DNA of 64,000 nucleotides, from the IMG/VR virus record IMGVR_UViG_3300020460_000012. One strand, written 5' to 3'. Positions 6,738 to 14,943 of this stretch are shown one piece after another. The stretch's first letter is position 1. Each line of letters begins with the position of its first letter. Source of the DNA: a virus (taxonomy: Duplodnaviria > Caudoviricetes). The notes under the pieces were generated by a model. It was not told where the DNA came from and ran no database searches. It saw only the letters and a program-made list of their open reading frames with translations. The translations under genes were made by a program, and so were the position numbers.

Positions 6738-7022
6738 GAACCATCTTTGTTCTAATCAGCTTCTAAGGCCAATTGCAACGCTATGCAATACATCTGTCGT
6801 GGTGGTAGCACAGTTTTAGAACCTTTATGTGTGTTCTAGTATGTGTGTACACCTAGCAGATTTTTTGCACTAGTAAACGCTAAATTTTGTGCAAAAAGCG
6901 TTTACCGCTTCGCGGCAGGTAGTGCGTACCGCAGGCGGCTTCGCCGTAGTAGTTGCTAAATAGTTGCACTTGTTGACCGTGAGGGCTGACAAGCTATATC
7001 TCAAACACTGGAGAAACAACAA

Positions 7023-7184
7023 ATGGACGGAGAAACTCTCGACCTGCTTCTAAAACTATGGCCCGTGGGTCTTGGTTTTGTTACATTGGTAATAGTGCTA
7101 GCACAGATGTACTCTAGAATCAATGTTCTCGAAGACAAGGTCAGGACGCTGTTTGATCTATTTAATAGGGAAAAGGACAAATAA
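7023..7184 (+). CDS. 53-aa single-TM plus coiled-coil protein, holin-like/XhlA-like architecture (not in ORF track)
   Basis: MDGETLDLLLKLWPVGLGFVTLVIVLAQMYSRINVLEDKVRTLFDLFNREKDK; GGAG RBS; TAAATA at 6957. Confidence 0.65.
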   Translation: MDGETLDLLLKLWPVGLGFVTLVIVLAQMYSRINVLEDKVRTLFDLFNREKDK

Positions 7185-7265
7185 CAACACAGTCTCTATG
7201 ACTGCTATACCAATCCAAAACGCACACCACAGTAGTGCAGTGGTATTCAAATCCGTTAGTTTCAT
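7158..7265 (-). CDS. 35-aa hydrophobic peptide (not in ORF track)
   Basis: MKLTDLNTTALLWCAFWIGIAVIETVLLFVLFPIK; ATGA overlap with the upstream ORF. Confidence 0.5.
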   Translation of the reverse strand: MKLTDLNTTALLWCAFWIGIAVIETVLLFVLFPIK

Positions 7266-7354
7266 TGCTTAGTTGCCTTGTGGCTATACCAAAAAGTTAC
7301 AAGCCCACCTACTATGGGCAAGCTCATCAACAGTATGATCAAAAACAGTGTCAC
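7262..7354 (-). CDS. 30-aa hydrophobic peptide (not in ORF track)
   Basis: GTG start overlapping the upstream TAG; MTLFLIILLMSLPIVGGLVTFWYSHKATKQ. Confidence 0.45.
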   Translation of the reverse strand: MTLFLIILLMSLPIVGGLVTFWYSHKATKQ

Positions 7355-7560
7355 TAGCGTTCGTCTTCTCCATAGCGTCCACGGTTTCGATTGCCATCAC
7401 CGTTTAGCTCAGTTAAGTCCTGTTGTTTGGCTTTGAAGTCAGTCTGCTGTATCATTTCTTCTATTTGTTTTCTCTGCTGTTCTATGATCTCAGCTTGTGA
7501 CTCTATCTGCCTACGCTGAGCTTGAATCACAGGTTCATGTGGAAATTGTATTATGCCCAT
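7354..7560 (-). CDS. Small coiled-coil protein
   Basis: ORF track; Q/E/I heptad-rich; TAATG coupling. Confidence 0.65.
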   Translation of the reverse strand: MGIIQFPHEPVIQAQRRQIESQAEIIEQQRKQIEEMIQQTDFKAKQQDLTELNGDGNRNRGRYGEDER

Positions 7561-7778
7561 TAGTATATCATCCTTCTTAGTTGGTCTGCCATTCTTGCAG
7601 TTTCGTCTTCGTCTAAACAGCTACACTGCATGTTTGATCTTAGGTGCCCTTCACACCATGCTATGTATCCGCTAGGGCAACGAAACTCATCTGGATCTAC
7701 TCGATCATAGTTATAAGCATAGTCTTGGTTTGCACAACCACTAGCCAACAGTAATACCATAACAAAATACTTGTTCAT
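7560..7778 (-). CDS. Small Cys-rich lipoprotein
   Basis: Lipobox LLLASG-C, four further Cys; AAGGAG RBS. Confidence 0.75.
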   Translation of the reverse strand: MNKYFVMVLLLASGCANQDYAYNYDRVDPDEFRCPSGYIAWCEGHLRSNMQCSCLDEDETARMADQLRRMIY

Positions 7779-7891
7779 ACGTCTCCTTCGTTGTCAGTAA
7801 ATGCAGGGTGACCTTCAAAGTATAGCTGTATCATCACATGTATAGCTGTGTTGACAAAGATCAGCATACCGAACATTACCCATCCAACCAT
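7775..7891 (-). CDS. 33-38-aa single-TM peptide (not in ORF track)
   Basis: MVGWVMFGMLIFVNTAIHVMIQLYFEGHPAFTDNEGDV; ATGA overlap with the lipoprotein gene; TAAATA at 7891-7896 may favour a start at 7876. Confidence 0.5.
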   Translation of the reverse strand: MVGWVMFGMLIFVNTAIHVMIQLYFEGHPAFTDNEGDV

Positions 7892-7929
7892 ATTTATCTC
7901 TTAGTTTGAATACTTATCATTTACGTGGA

Positions 7930-9357
7930 TTACTCTGATCCTAAATTATTGATGAAGTTTCTTAATTTGGTTGAATCTGTTTCTGCTTTAATCTTGCCTA
8001 CTGTATCACCTTGTGTAGGATCTGCATCTTCTGGATCACCTGTTTCGGGAACAGTCTTTCTCTTCAAGCTATCATATATTGTGCTGTTGCGTTTATCAAA
8101 TTCTTGATATTCTTCATCATCTGCTAGATCTCTAATACGCAAACTGTCTACATCAAATTCAAGATCTACCTTAGCACCAACACCACTACTGCTTCTAGTT
8201 TTCATTAGCTGTATTTGATATCTACCACGTTCACGCATTGCTCTACTAGTAAAGATACCTATAACATTATCAGCAGTTTGAATCTTACTAAGTCCACCAC
8301 TAATATGCGAATGATCAAATTCAATTTCTTCTACTGCACCTCTGTTTAGCTGTGCCGCTGTTACAAATACAGTATTCAACTCCATTGCTAGATTACGTAG
8401 TTCTTCACTTACATACTTGTCTTTAATAAACAAGTTTTCAGCACTTACCTTAGCACCATTTGGCATAAGCAAGTCTAAGTAATCAATCAATAGTACATCA
8501 ATCTTACGTCCTGTTTTAATTTCATATTCTTTAATATAGCTACGCACATCATTTGGAGTCTTACCACTAGGCATATATTTTACTTGAAATGCTCCACTCT
8601 TTTTGCCTATCATTTTAACTTTCATTTCAACATCATCTATATTCTTAAAAATATCACGTGTTGAAATATCAGTTACCATACTGTCAACTCTCATACTAAC
8701 TAAGTTTTCACTTAGCTCTAGTGTAAGATACAATACGTTCATTCCTGCTAGTGCCCAATTAACTCCTAGGTTAGCTAAGAATAAACTTTTACCTGCACCT
8801 GATCCACCTGCAAATATATTCAGCTCACCTCTATTAAATCCACCAAATAGTTTCTTATCTAGGCTTTCCCAACCTGTAGTTACTTGTCCGTTATTATCTT
8901 TGATTGCTTCTAATCTTGCTCTCGGATCACGCCAGTAGTCTGTACCTAAGTCTTTTTGCAATCCTATCTGTACTGCTTTCTTAACTAGATCTTCTACCGG
9001 ACCATATTCGCCCTTTTCAAGTAAATCAGCACCTTTTAATATTGCACTTTCTAGTGCCTTGTGTCTGCTAAATGTTTCAAACTCTGCTAGTAGCCAATCG
9101 TAGTGATTTTCTTGCATCTGTCCTGGATCAGCTAAGTCTGCTTTTGTTGCCGCATTAATTATTTCAAATGTAGGCAATGCATTGTGTTCTGTTACATATT
9201 CATTTAGAAACTTTGCGGCATCTTGTAAACGCCTATCAAACATTGTATGATCAAATACTGTTTGACATCTAACAAATGTTTCTGCATCTGTTAGCATCAT
9301 TTCAAGATATACTTTTTGTATATCATATCCATAGTCTGTGTTTTGTCTTGTTGCCAT
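7930..9357 (-). CDS. gp41: Replicative DNA helicase, DnaB/T4 gp41-like
   Basis: Walker A GGSGAGKS, LLIDYLDL, TAAQLNR, KTRSS motifs. Confidence 0.93.
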   Translation of the reverse strand: MATRQNTDYGYDIQKVYLEMMLTDAETFVRCQTVFDHTMFDRRLQDAAKFLNEYVTEHNALPTFEIINAATKADLADPGQMQENHYDWLLAEFETFSRHKALESAILKGADLLEKGEYGPVEDLVKKAVQIGLQKDLGTDYWRDPRARLEAIKDNNGQVTTGWESLDKKLFGGFNRGELNIFAGGSGAGKSLFLANLGVNWALAGMNVLYLTLELSENLVSMRVDSMVTDISTRDIFKNIDDVEMKVKMIGKKSGAFQVKYMPSGKTPNDVRSYIKEYEIKTGRKIDVLLIDYLDLLMPNGAKVSAENLFIKDKYVSEELRNLAMELNTVFVTAAQLNRGAVEEIEFDHSHISGGLSKIQTADNVIGIFTSRAMRERGRYQIQLMKTRSSSGVGAKVDLEFDVDSLRIRDLADDEEYQEFDKRNSTIYDSLKRKTVPETGDPEDADPTQGDTVGKIKAETDSTKLRNFINNLGSE

Positions 9358-9363
9358 ATTATT

Positions 9364-9392
9364 ATTTTACTACTTATGCCACTTATTGTCAA
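9364..9392 (-). promoter_or_regulatory. sigma70-type promoter, leaderless, for the helicase
   Basis: TTGACA-17-TAAAAT, 6 nt before the ATG. Confidence 0.7.
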
Positions 9393-10338
9393 GTTCTATT
9401 TTGGTTTTTGTTTGAGCTAATACTGCTCCTATACAGCTACCAGGGTCACCTGGATTTTGAGGGACATGTACATCAACCCAATCGGTTCTTATGTTGTCTA
9501 CTGCTCTTTTATTTAATGCAGAGCCCCCTGCAAGTGCTACGTACTTCGACCCTGTCATTTTCTTTGCACATGCACTTAGATTGTTTACACAATATTCAAA
9601 TACTGCTTGTGTGGCAGCCGCAATGTCATTAAGGTCTTCTTCGCTAGTTAATTCAGGTCTCCACCATCTACAGCCTCTATGCATGTTTTCTAACATTCTA
9701 ATATTAGGGTTCCAACCAACTCCTTCAACGTTTACTAATTCATTTAATATCTTTATAAAATGTCTTTTAGGGTTACCTGCATCACCCATAGAGGCTAACA
9801 TATACTCATCTCTGTTAGGCACCAGGCCACAACGTTGTGTCATTGCACTGTAAAACAAACCTAAACTGTGTGGATACCCCTGACTGTGTATTTTTGTAAG
9901 TTTATTATTTTTACCATGCCACATAGTAAGGGTTTCAAATTCGCCTATACTATCCATTACAATTACTGCACAGTCATCATGGGGCTGTGTATAATAAGCA
10001 TATGCCGCATGACTTAAATGGTGTTGGGTATATTTTATTGGCGAAATTATATCCCAACGTTTAAGATATCTACGTATATTATTTTCTGCCCATAACCAAC
10101 CCTGACCAGCTCTCCATTGGCGTAGAGTTTTTAGTCCTGGACGTTCATACCAAATTACTTGATCGGGTATATCTCTGTATGTAAATTTTCTAGCTACCTC
10201 TATTTGATCCCAGTTAGGGTCAGGATCGTTTGGTATACCCGAAAAGTCTTTGCTCAAACTAGCCCATGATAGTTCGTTACCATCAAAGACAGCTATACTA
10301 GCATCATGGCTGTTACCAACCATTCCCCATGTAATCAT
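9370..10338 (-). CDS. Carbamoyltransferase N-terminal (Kae1-like) domain, CmcH/NodU family, lacking the C-terminal domain
   Basis: HDASIA, HHLSHAAYAYY, VMDSIGE, SLGLFYS, LAGGSALN, PGDPGSCIGA motifs; only 322 aa. Confidence 0.85.
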   Translation of the reverse strand: MITWGMVGNSHDASIAVFDGNELSWASLSKDFSGIPNDPDPNWDQIEVARKFTYRDIPDQVIWYERPGLKTLRQWRAGQGWLWAENNIRRYLKRWDIISPIKYTQHHLSHAAYAYYTQPHDDCAVIVMDSIGEFETLTMWHGKNNKLTKIHSQGYPHSLGLFYSAMTQRCGLVPNRDEYMLASMGDAGNPKRHFIKILNELVNVEGVGWNPNIRMLENMHRGCRWWRPELTSEEDLNDIAAATQAVFEYCVNNLSACAKKMTGSKYVALAGGSALNKRAVDNIRTDWVDVHVPQNPGDPGSCIGAVLAQTKTKIELDNKWHK

Positions 10339-10964
10339 CTATTCTCCCATTGCTCTTTATCAACACGTATATACCAACCCCTTCTTGGCTTACCAAGTGA
10401 TTCGCCATTAGGGCCAGTAGGCCACCACAGGTAAGGTCGTAAGTAATCAGGAAAACTTTTACCCCCACCTGCAAAATTGGTTTTTACAAATACTCTTTTA
10501 CAATACTTAAAACAATCATCTAGCCAGTATTCATAATTAAATATTGTACCTGGTTCTAAACATTCTCTATCAAAGACAGTACGTGTAGCTACAATCATAT
10601 CATACTGTCTATCTAGTTTCATAGGCTCGTTCATGTTTACATACATTACAAACCTCTTTAGTCCTAATACGTCACAACAGTCTTTGTATAGTCCGCCTTT
10701 GTCTGTATGATCAAAAAATTCATCTACATCTGTAAGTTCTATATCACTTATACCTTTTTGTTCTTTAATAAGGTATGCAAGCATGCCCATGCCACATCCT
10801 ATTTCAAGAACAGAGTTAACGCCATCAAAATTCATGTTATCTACACAAAATTGTTTTTCAAGCATATACATATCCCACTTGTGTATATACTTTGCACCCG
10901 GGGCTTTTTTCCAATGACTCTTTGATATTTCTAAAAGTTTTTCTCTATATTCTTCAATTTGCAT
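10335..10964 (-). CDS. Class I SAM-dependent methyltransferase
   Basis: VLEIGCGMG motif I; YDMIVAT. Confidence 0.75.
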   Translation of the reverse strand: MQIEEYREKLLEISKSHWKKAPGAKYIHKWDMYMLEKQFCVDNMNFDGVNSVLEIGCGMGMLAYLIKEQKGISDIELTDVDEFFDHTDKGGLYKDCCDVLGLKRFVMYVNMNEPMKLDRQYDMIVATRTVFDRECLEPGTIFNYEYWLDDCFKYCKRVFVKTNFAGGGKSFPDYLRPYLWWPTGPNGESLGKPRRGWYIRVDKEQWENR

Positions 10965-11223
10965 TTTTGTACTTGTCTTTCAAATAATCTAAATCAATAG
11001 AACGTTCAGATGTGGTATTATCTTTAGAACTATATTTCCATTCTCCTGTACTAAGAGGACTTATATATCCAGTATCACTATAATAAGAGTAAATGTACTT
11101 TGCTGGAAATCCTCCTACACTAACTAGTTTCCGTATCCAATTGTGCTTATCCTTTAACACACTTGCTTCTTTTTCTACAATCTTAACCATTCTCTGATTA
11201 AGTCTTTCCCATTCGTTACTCAT
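10954..11223 (-). CDS. Hypothetical protein
   Basis: ORF track; overlaps both neighbours in operon fashion. Confidence 0.6.
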   Translation of the reverse strand: MSNEWERLNQRMVKIVEKEASVLKDKHNWIRKLVSVGGFPAKYIYSYYSDTGYISPLSTGEWKYSSKDNTTSERSIDLDYLKDKYKNAN

Positions 11224-11641
11224 CTCGTAGTTTTTCTTTCTCTAAACTAAGTTTGTCCTTCAAACTCATTAAGTAAGCCGCACCTGCAAGTATTACAATA
11301 GCACCAGCCTCTGCAATTAGGTTTAAAGGATCAGCTTCTTTGCTGTGCAATACAATTAGCCTACACAATGCAGTGATAGCAATAATAATTGGCAGTGTTA
11401 CAGGTATTCTAGAACTTGCATAAAATGCACCTATCATACCAATAATTTCTGTGTATATGAATAGCAGGAATATATCTCCTAGTGCAATATGCCGTCCGAC
11501 AATCATACTTGCTACTTCAATTCCTGCCGCAAGTAAAGTTAAAATGCCTATTACAGCTAGCATAAACTTTTCAGTTATCACTGTAGTCCAGTGTAGCTTT
11601 TCTGTAGCAAATGCTTTTTCGAATTTAGGTATAAGTGGCAT
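11216..11641 (-). CDS. psiE: Phosphate-starvation-inducible E (PsiE)-like membrane protein (start revised)
   Basis: DIFLLFIYTEIIGM...RIPVTLPIIIAITALCRLIV motif; four TM segments; TAATG start at 11641. Confidence 0.8.
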   Translation of the reverse strand: MPLIPKFEKAFATEKLHWTTVITEKFMLAVIGILTLLAAGIEVASMIVGRHIALGDIFLLFIYTEIIGMIGAFYASSRIPVTLPIIIAITALCRLIVLHSKEADPLNLIAEAGAIVILAGAAYLMSLKDKLSLEKEKLRDE

Positions 11642-11949
11642 TATACAATTATCCCTTTGTCTGGTTGAACAATTCCTGTAGTAGTAGCAACATACTGTTT
11701 TGCTATTTCTCCTTGTGTAGCACCTACACAAGTTACTGAGTCTCCGTTAAAGGTAAACTTACCTTCTGGGGCTACACTAAACATAAAGGGTGCTAGTCCT
11801 AATCCTTTCTCATTTGCAATTAGAACCATTGGTTTAATTAGTTCATAACCACCTGTTACTCTTTCATTAAATTTACCAACAATTTCTTCACCACTAGCTA
11901 ATTTTAAGCTTATAGTGTCGCCTTTTTTAAATGCTACTTCTACTAACAT
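11641..11949 (-). CDS. Conserved phage protein with a possible Sm/LSm-like fold
   Basis: ISLKLASGEEIVGK resembles the Sm1 motif; GGAGG RBS. Confidence 0.65.
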   Translation of the reverse strand: MLVEVAFKKGDTISLKLASGEEIVGKFNERVTGGYELIKPMVLIANEKGLGLAPFMFSVAPEGKFTFNGDSVTCVGATQGEIAKQYVATTTGIVQPDKGIIV

Positions 11950-11957
11950 ATTTCCTC

Positions 11958-12113
11958 CTATTTGTAAATAAACGGGTCACGTTTTTTTAATTCTTTCATT
12001 TTTTTTCTAAAAGCTAATTCTTCCTTAATTTTAGTATAAGGCCAAATTATTATTTGCCATATACTTTTTAGAACACTTATAATTGCATTCCAAATCTTTT
12101 TTAAATAAACCAT
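11958..12113 (-). CDS. 51-aa basic amphipathic protein ending KRDPFIYK (not in ORF track)
   Basis: MVYLKKIWNAIISVLKSIWQIIIWPYTKIKEELAFRKKMKELKKRDPFIYK; fills the gap exactly. Confidence 0.7.
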   Translation of the reverse strand: MVYLKKIWNAIISVLKSIWQIIIWPYTKIKEELAFRKKMKELKKRDPFIYK

Positions 12114-13081
12114 TTTTTTGCTCCTAATCTTATTTTTAAAGGAGAAGTTTCAGCATGACTTACAATACTGTGTAGAGTAAAAATCCTGCCATAATGCTCT
12201 ACTGCATCTCCAATGTCATTAATGTTATCGCCCCAAGGTGGTAAAGAAACTCCCCAGCCAAAGTCTATGGCTTGTTCTACAAGTTTCGAACCCGCTTTAT
12301 CTCTGTCAGGCACTACTATTACATCTTTATTTAATCTATTAATTAATAGTGCTTGTTGATCTTTGGCTTCGCTTCCTAATAGTGCAACGCCTTCGATATG
12401 GATAGCATCTATAGGACCTTCGCATACAATTACAAATATTTTTGCAGGGCGTTGATCATCTAAGTTAAACACATATCCTGGCTGTTGCTCTGAAAGATAT
12501 TTTACCTTTTTATTATCATTCACAGATCTTGCAGTCCAGCCCACAATGCGGTCTTCATAGTAAAAAGGTATAATTAGTCTATCTCTATATCCTAATGATG
12601 GAGACCAATAGTAGTTGTAATCTTCTAAGAACAATTTTCTTTGTTTCATATAGTTAACTACTTGTGCAAAATGCTCACTAGTGTTTGAACACTCTGCAAT
12701 GCTTACTGCATCTAATGGCAACGGCACAGTATTAAACTTAGGTACTTCTACAAGTTGCTGTTTTACTTGTATGCCTTCGTTCTCCTGCATTACAGTAAGT
12801 GCAAGTTTGTTAATTACATCATCTGGTGCATTTAACCATTGTAGTAACTTTCTCATTTTAACACTTAGATTGCGACCTTGTTGCCAGCTAGCTTTATAAC
12901 CACAGTTGAAACAATGGTAACTTACCCCATCAGCGTTTGATATTAAACCACCACGCTGTCTTGTGTCAGCTGTAGTCCCATTATGTTGACAACAAGGCGC
13001 ATTGAATGCGGTCCACCCGCTAGGCGTTTGTTTACGCTTAGGCGGCAGATATGTCAGAACTGTATCGTTGACTACACTCAT
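12101..13081 (-). CDS. gp61: DNA primase (zinc-binding plus TOPRIM), T4 gp61-like
   Basis: CC..H / YHCFNCG zinc motif; VCEGPIDA and VVPDRD TOPRIM motifs. Confidence 0.9.
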   Translation of the reverse strand: MSVVNDTVLTYLPPKRKQTPSGWTAFNAPCCQHNGTTADTRQRGGLISNADGVSYHCFNCGYKASWQQGRNLSVKMRKLLQWLNAPDDVINKLALTVMQENEGIQVKQQLVEVPKFNTVPLPLDAVSIAECSNTSEHFAQVVNYMKQRKLFLEDYNYYWSPSLGYRDRLIIPFYYEDRIVGWTARSVNDNKKVKYLSEQQPGYVFNLDDQRPAKIFVIVCEGPIDAIHIEGVALLGSEAKDQQALLINRLNKDVIVVPDRDKAGSKLVEQAIDFGWGVSLPPWGDNINDIGDAVEHYGRIFTLHSIVSHAETSPLKIRLGAKKWFI

Positions 13082-13087
13082 AATACT

Positions 13088-13116
13088 ATTATAGCGTAGT
13101 TACTCGCTTTTGTCAA
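13088..13116 (-). promoter_or_regulatory. sigma70 promoter, leaderless, for the primase
   Basis: TTGACA-17-TATAAT, 6 nt before the ATG. Confidence 0.8.
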
Positions 13117-13177
13117 GGCTTTTTATGATTATTTCTCTTTGTTTATCGGAGTATTTTGTCCAATTAGCTATCTGCTC

Positions 13178-13210
13178 AAGGGTGCGGCCGCATCCGCGAC
13201 ACACACCCTT
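13178..13210 (-). terminator. GC-rich hairpin after the DUF6580-like gene (terminator-like, weak U tract)
   Basis: AAGGGTGT...GTCGC-GGAT-GCGGC...GCACCCTT with G-U pairs on the - strand. Confidence 0.5.
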
Positions 13211-13217
13211 AATTAAG

Positions 13218-13721
13218 TTACACTGTTTTTTGCAAGGACTTTCCATACTTTTTTGTGATGTAGTATAAGCCATAAAATATTGCAGTATAAAAGATTGTAC
13301 CTAACAGTGTCATATGAAAGAAAGGTATAGCCGCTACGTAGCAAGCAAATAATCCTTCTAAGGTATAACCGTACCAACCTCCTGTCCACACTCCAAAGTT
13401 TGTAACAATAAAGAATGTAACGGGGGCTAATACACTATTAGTCATTAGGTTTTTACTGTAACTTGCGATAAAGCTACACAATGCTACTGAACCATATGTC
13501 CAAAATAGCCATTGATGTAATCCCCAATATAAGTCGCCTATAAACATTGCACCTAAAGTAATAGGAAGTGCCGCATACCATTTATTAACTAAAAATGGAA
13601 TAAAAATAGCCACTGCTAGTATAGGTGTAAAGTTTGGTGGGTGCGGAATAATTCGAGACATGCCAAGTATTGTGGCAAATCCGATTATCCATGCTACCAA
13701 CTCAATGTTGTGCCGACCCAT
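13218..13721 (-). CDS. DUF6580-like integral membrane protein (putative ECF S-component-like vitamin transporter)
   Basis: RIIPHPPNFTP signature; FFIVTNFG and YVAAIPFF motifs; about six TM segments. Confidence 0.75.
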   Translation of the reverse strand: MGRHNIELVAWIIGFATILGMSRIIPHPPNFTPILAVAIFIPFLVNKWYAALPITLGAMFIGDLYWGLHQWLFWTYGSVALCSFIASYSKNLMTNSVLAPVTFFIVTNFGVWTGGWYGYTLEGLFACYVAAIPFFHMTLLGTIFYTAIFYGLYYITKKYGKSLQKTV

Positions 13722-14056
13722 GTCTCTGTTCTTTCAAAATGTGGATTGATATCATTAAGCATATACACACTTAAATTATCTGTCAAAGAATAATTTACAG
13801 TTAGTGTTTGACTATACATATCTAACAGATGTTCGCTTGTTGCACTGTCAATTGCAACTGAAGCACTATAAGTGCTTGATAGCTTATCTGTCCATGGTTT
13901 AGTTGCGTAAAAGTAACCGTATTGTAATCCAGTTACTGTACCTTTTTCAGCAGTAATGCTGAACATCATATCATCTGTAAAAGATGACTTTGCTTCTTCG
14001 GCAGAAACCGAGACACAAAAAAAGACCGCAAAAAGCAGTCCAAGTAGTTTGTTCAT
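13694..14056 (-). CDS. Exported beta-strand-rich protein with terminal Trp (outer-membrane-protein-like)
   Basis: Signal peptide ending VSA; alternating aromatic beta-strand pattern; C-terminus TWVGTTLSW; GGAGG RBS. Confidence 0.6.
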   Translation of the reverse strand: MNKLLGLLFAVFFCVSVSAEEAKSSFTDDMMFSITAEKGTVTGLQYGYFYATKPWTDKLSSTYSASVAIDSATSEHLLDMYSQTLTVNYSLTDNLSVYMLNDINPHFERTETWVGTTLSW

Positions 14057-14080
14057 ATGTCCTCCTTTGTGAACAACACT

Positions 14081-14109
14081 AGTATATATTACTTAAAGTA
14101 ATTTGTCAA
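14081..14109 (-). promoter_or_regulatory. sigma70 promoter for the two-gene membrane module
   Basis: TTGACA-17-TATACT. Confidence 0.75.
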
Positions 14110-14121
14110 GAGTAATTTTGG

Positions 14122-14910
14122 CTAGTTTCTTACTAATATTTGGGTAATTTTATCTGCTGGATTTACTGTTGTTTTGAATCTTATGTAAGAAAATACGCCA
14201 TTAAAACTTACAGGACTAGGAGCAGTTTCTGTTCCGTTAAATGATAAAGTAGCAACTGTACCCCAATTTGTTGTTCCTGTAATCTGGTTATCCAAAGTTG
14301 CTTCTACAGTAACGTCTCCAATAAATGCATTTGTATATATAGCGGCTGTATGTAATGCTTCGTTACCGTTGACTGCTGGTTCCGCATTTACAGCACTTGA
14401 CACCCAGATACTTGAGTTAACTGCTGTCTCAGTTAGAGATGTTACAGAAGATGTTTTTAAAGGACCAGGAAATGTTTTTCCGTTAACAAATATTGTTCCA
14501 TTATTTTTAAAATTACTTTGATTGTAAGTTAAAACTTTATCTCCGTCTGTTTCAACAAGATATACAACATAGCTTAAGAATTGTTGTTTTAAATTTTTAA
14601 GATCATTTTCTGTAACTGTAACTTTAAATTTACCTCGTGAAATTGTACTACCGTCATCTTGTATTGTACAGTCTTTTTCTATTACCAACCTATCGCTCTC
14701 ATCATATGCCATAAATTTTATAGTGTAACCTGTTGCTACATTTACACCTTTCTGGTCTGCGTTTAATAATTTAAATTGTAAAGCATTGTCTATGCCTCTA
14801 TAAATTTCTATGTCTCTATTATACACTGGTCTATACTCCGTAATGAAACCTGCCAAATCTGCGACAAGTATGGTTGTGTTATCGACTAAATATCTTGGTA
14901 ATAACTGCAT
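14122..14910 (-). CDS. Putative virion structural protein, beta-rich (start revised to 14910)
   Basis: TATAAATA at 14915-14922 immediately before MQLLPRY; T/S/N/V-rich. Confidence 0.6.
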   Translation of the reverse strand: MQLLPRYLVDNTTILVADLAGFITEYRPVYNRDIEIYRGIDNALQFKLLNADQKGVNVATGYTIKFMAYDESDRLVIEKDCTIQDDGSTISRGKFKVTVTENDLKNLKQQFLSYVVYLVETDGDKVLTYNQSNFKNNGTIFVNGKTFPGPLKTSSVTSLTETAVNSSIWVSSAVNAEPAVNGNEALHTAAIYTNAFIGDVTVEATLDNQITGTTNWGTVATLSFNGTETAPSPVSFNGVFSYIRFKTTVNPADKITQILVRN

Positions 14911-14943
14911 AATGTATTTATAGGAAAAATGTGACAAACACTA

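Noticed and set aside
6950-6995. TAAATAGTTGC matches a segment of the pistol ribozyme
   Set aside because: No P1-loop pseudoknot partner or AAGCG core; better explained as a late promoter plus a hairpin.
14057-14121. Cobalamin riboswitch upstream of the DUF6580-like module
   Set aside because: The leader is only about 20 nt and AT-rich; no room or consensus.
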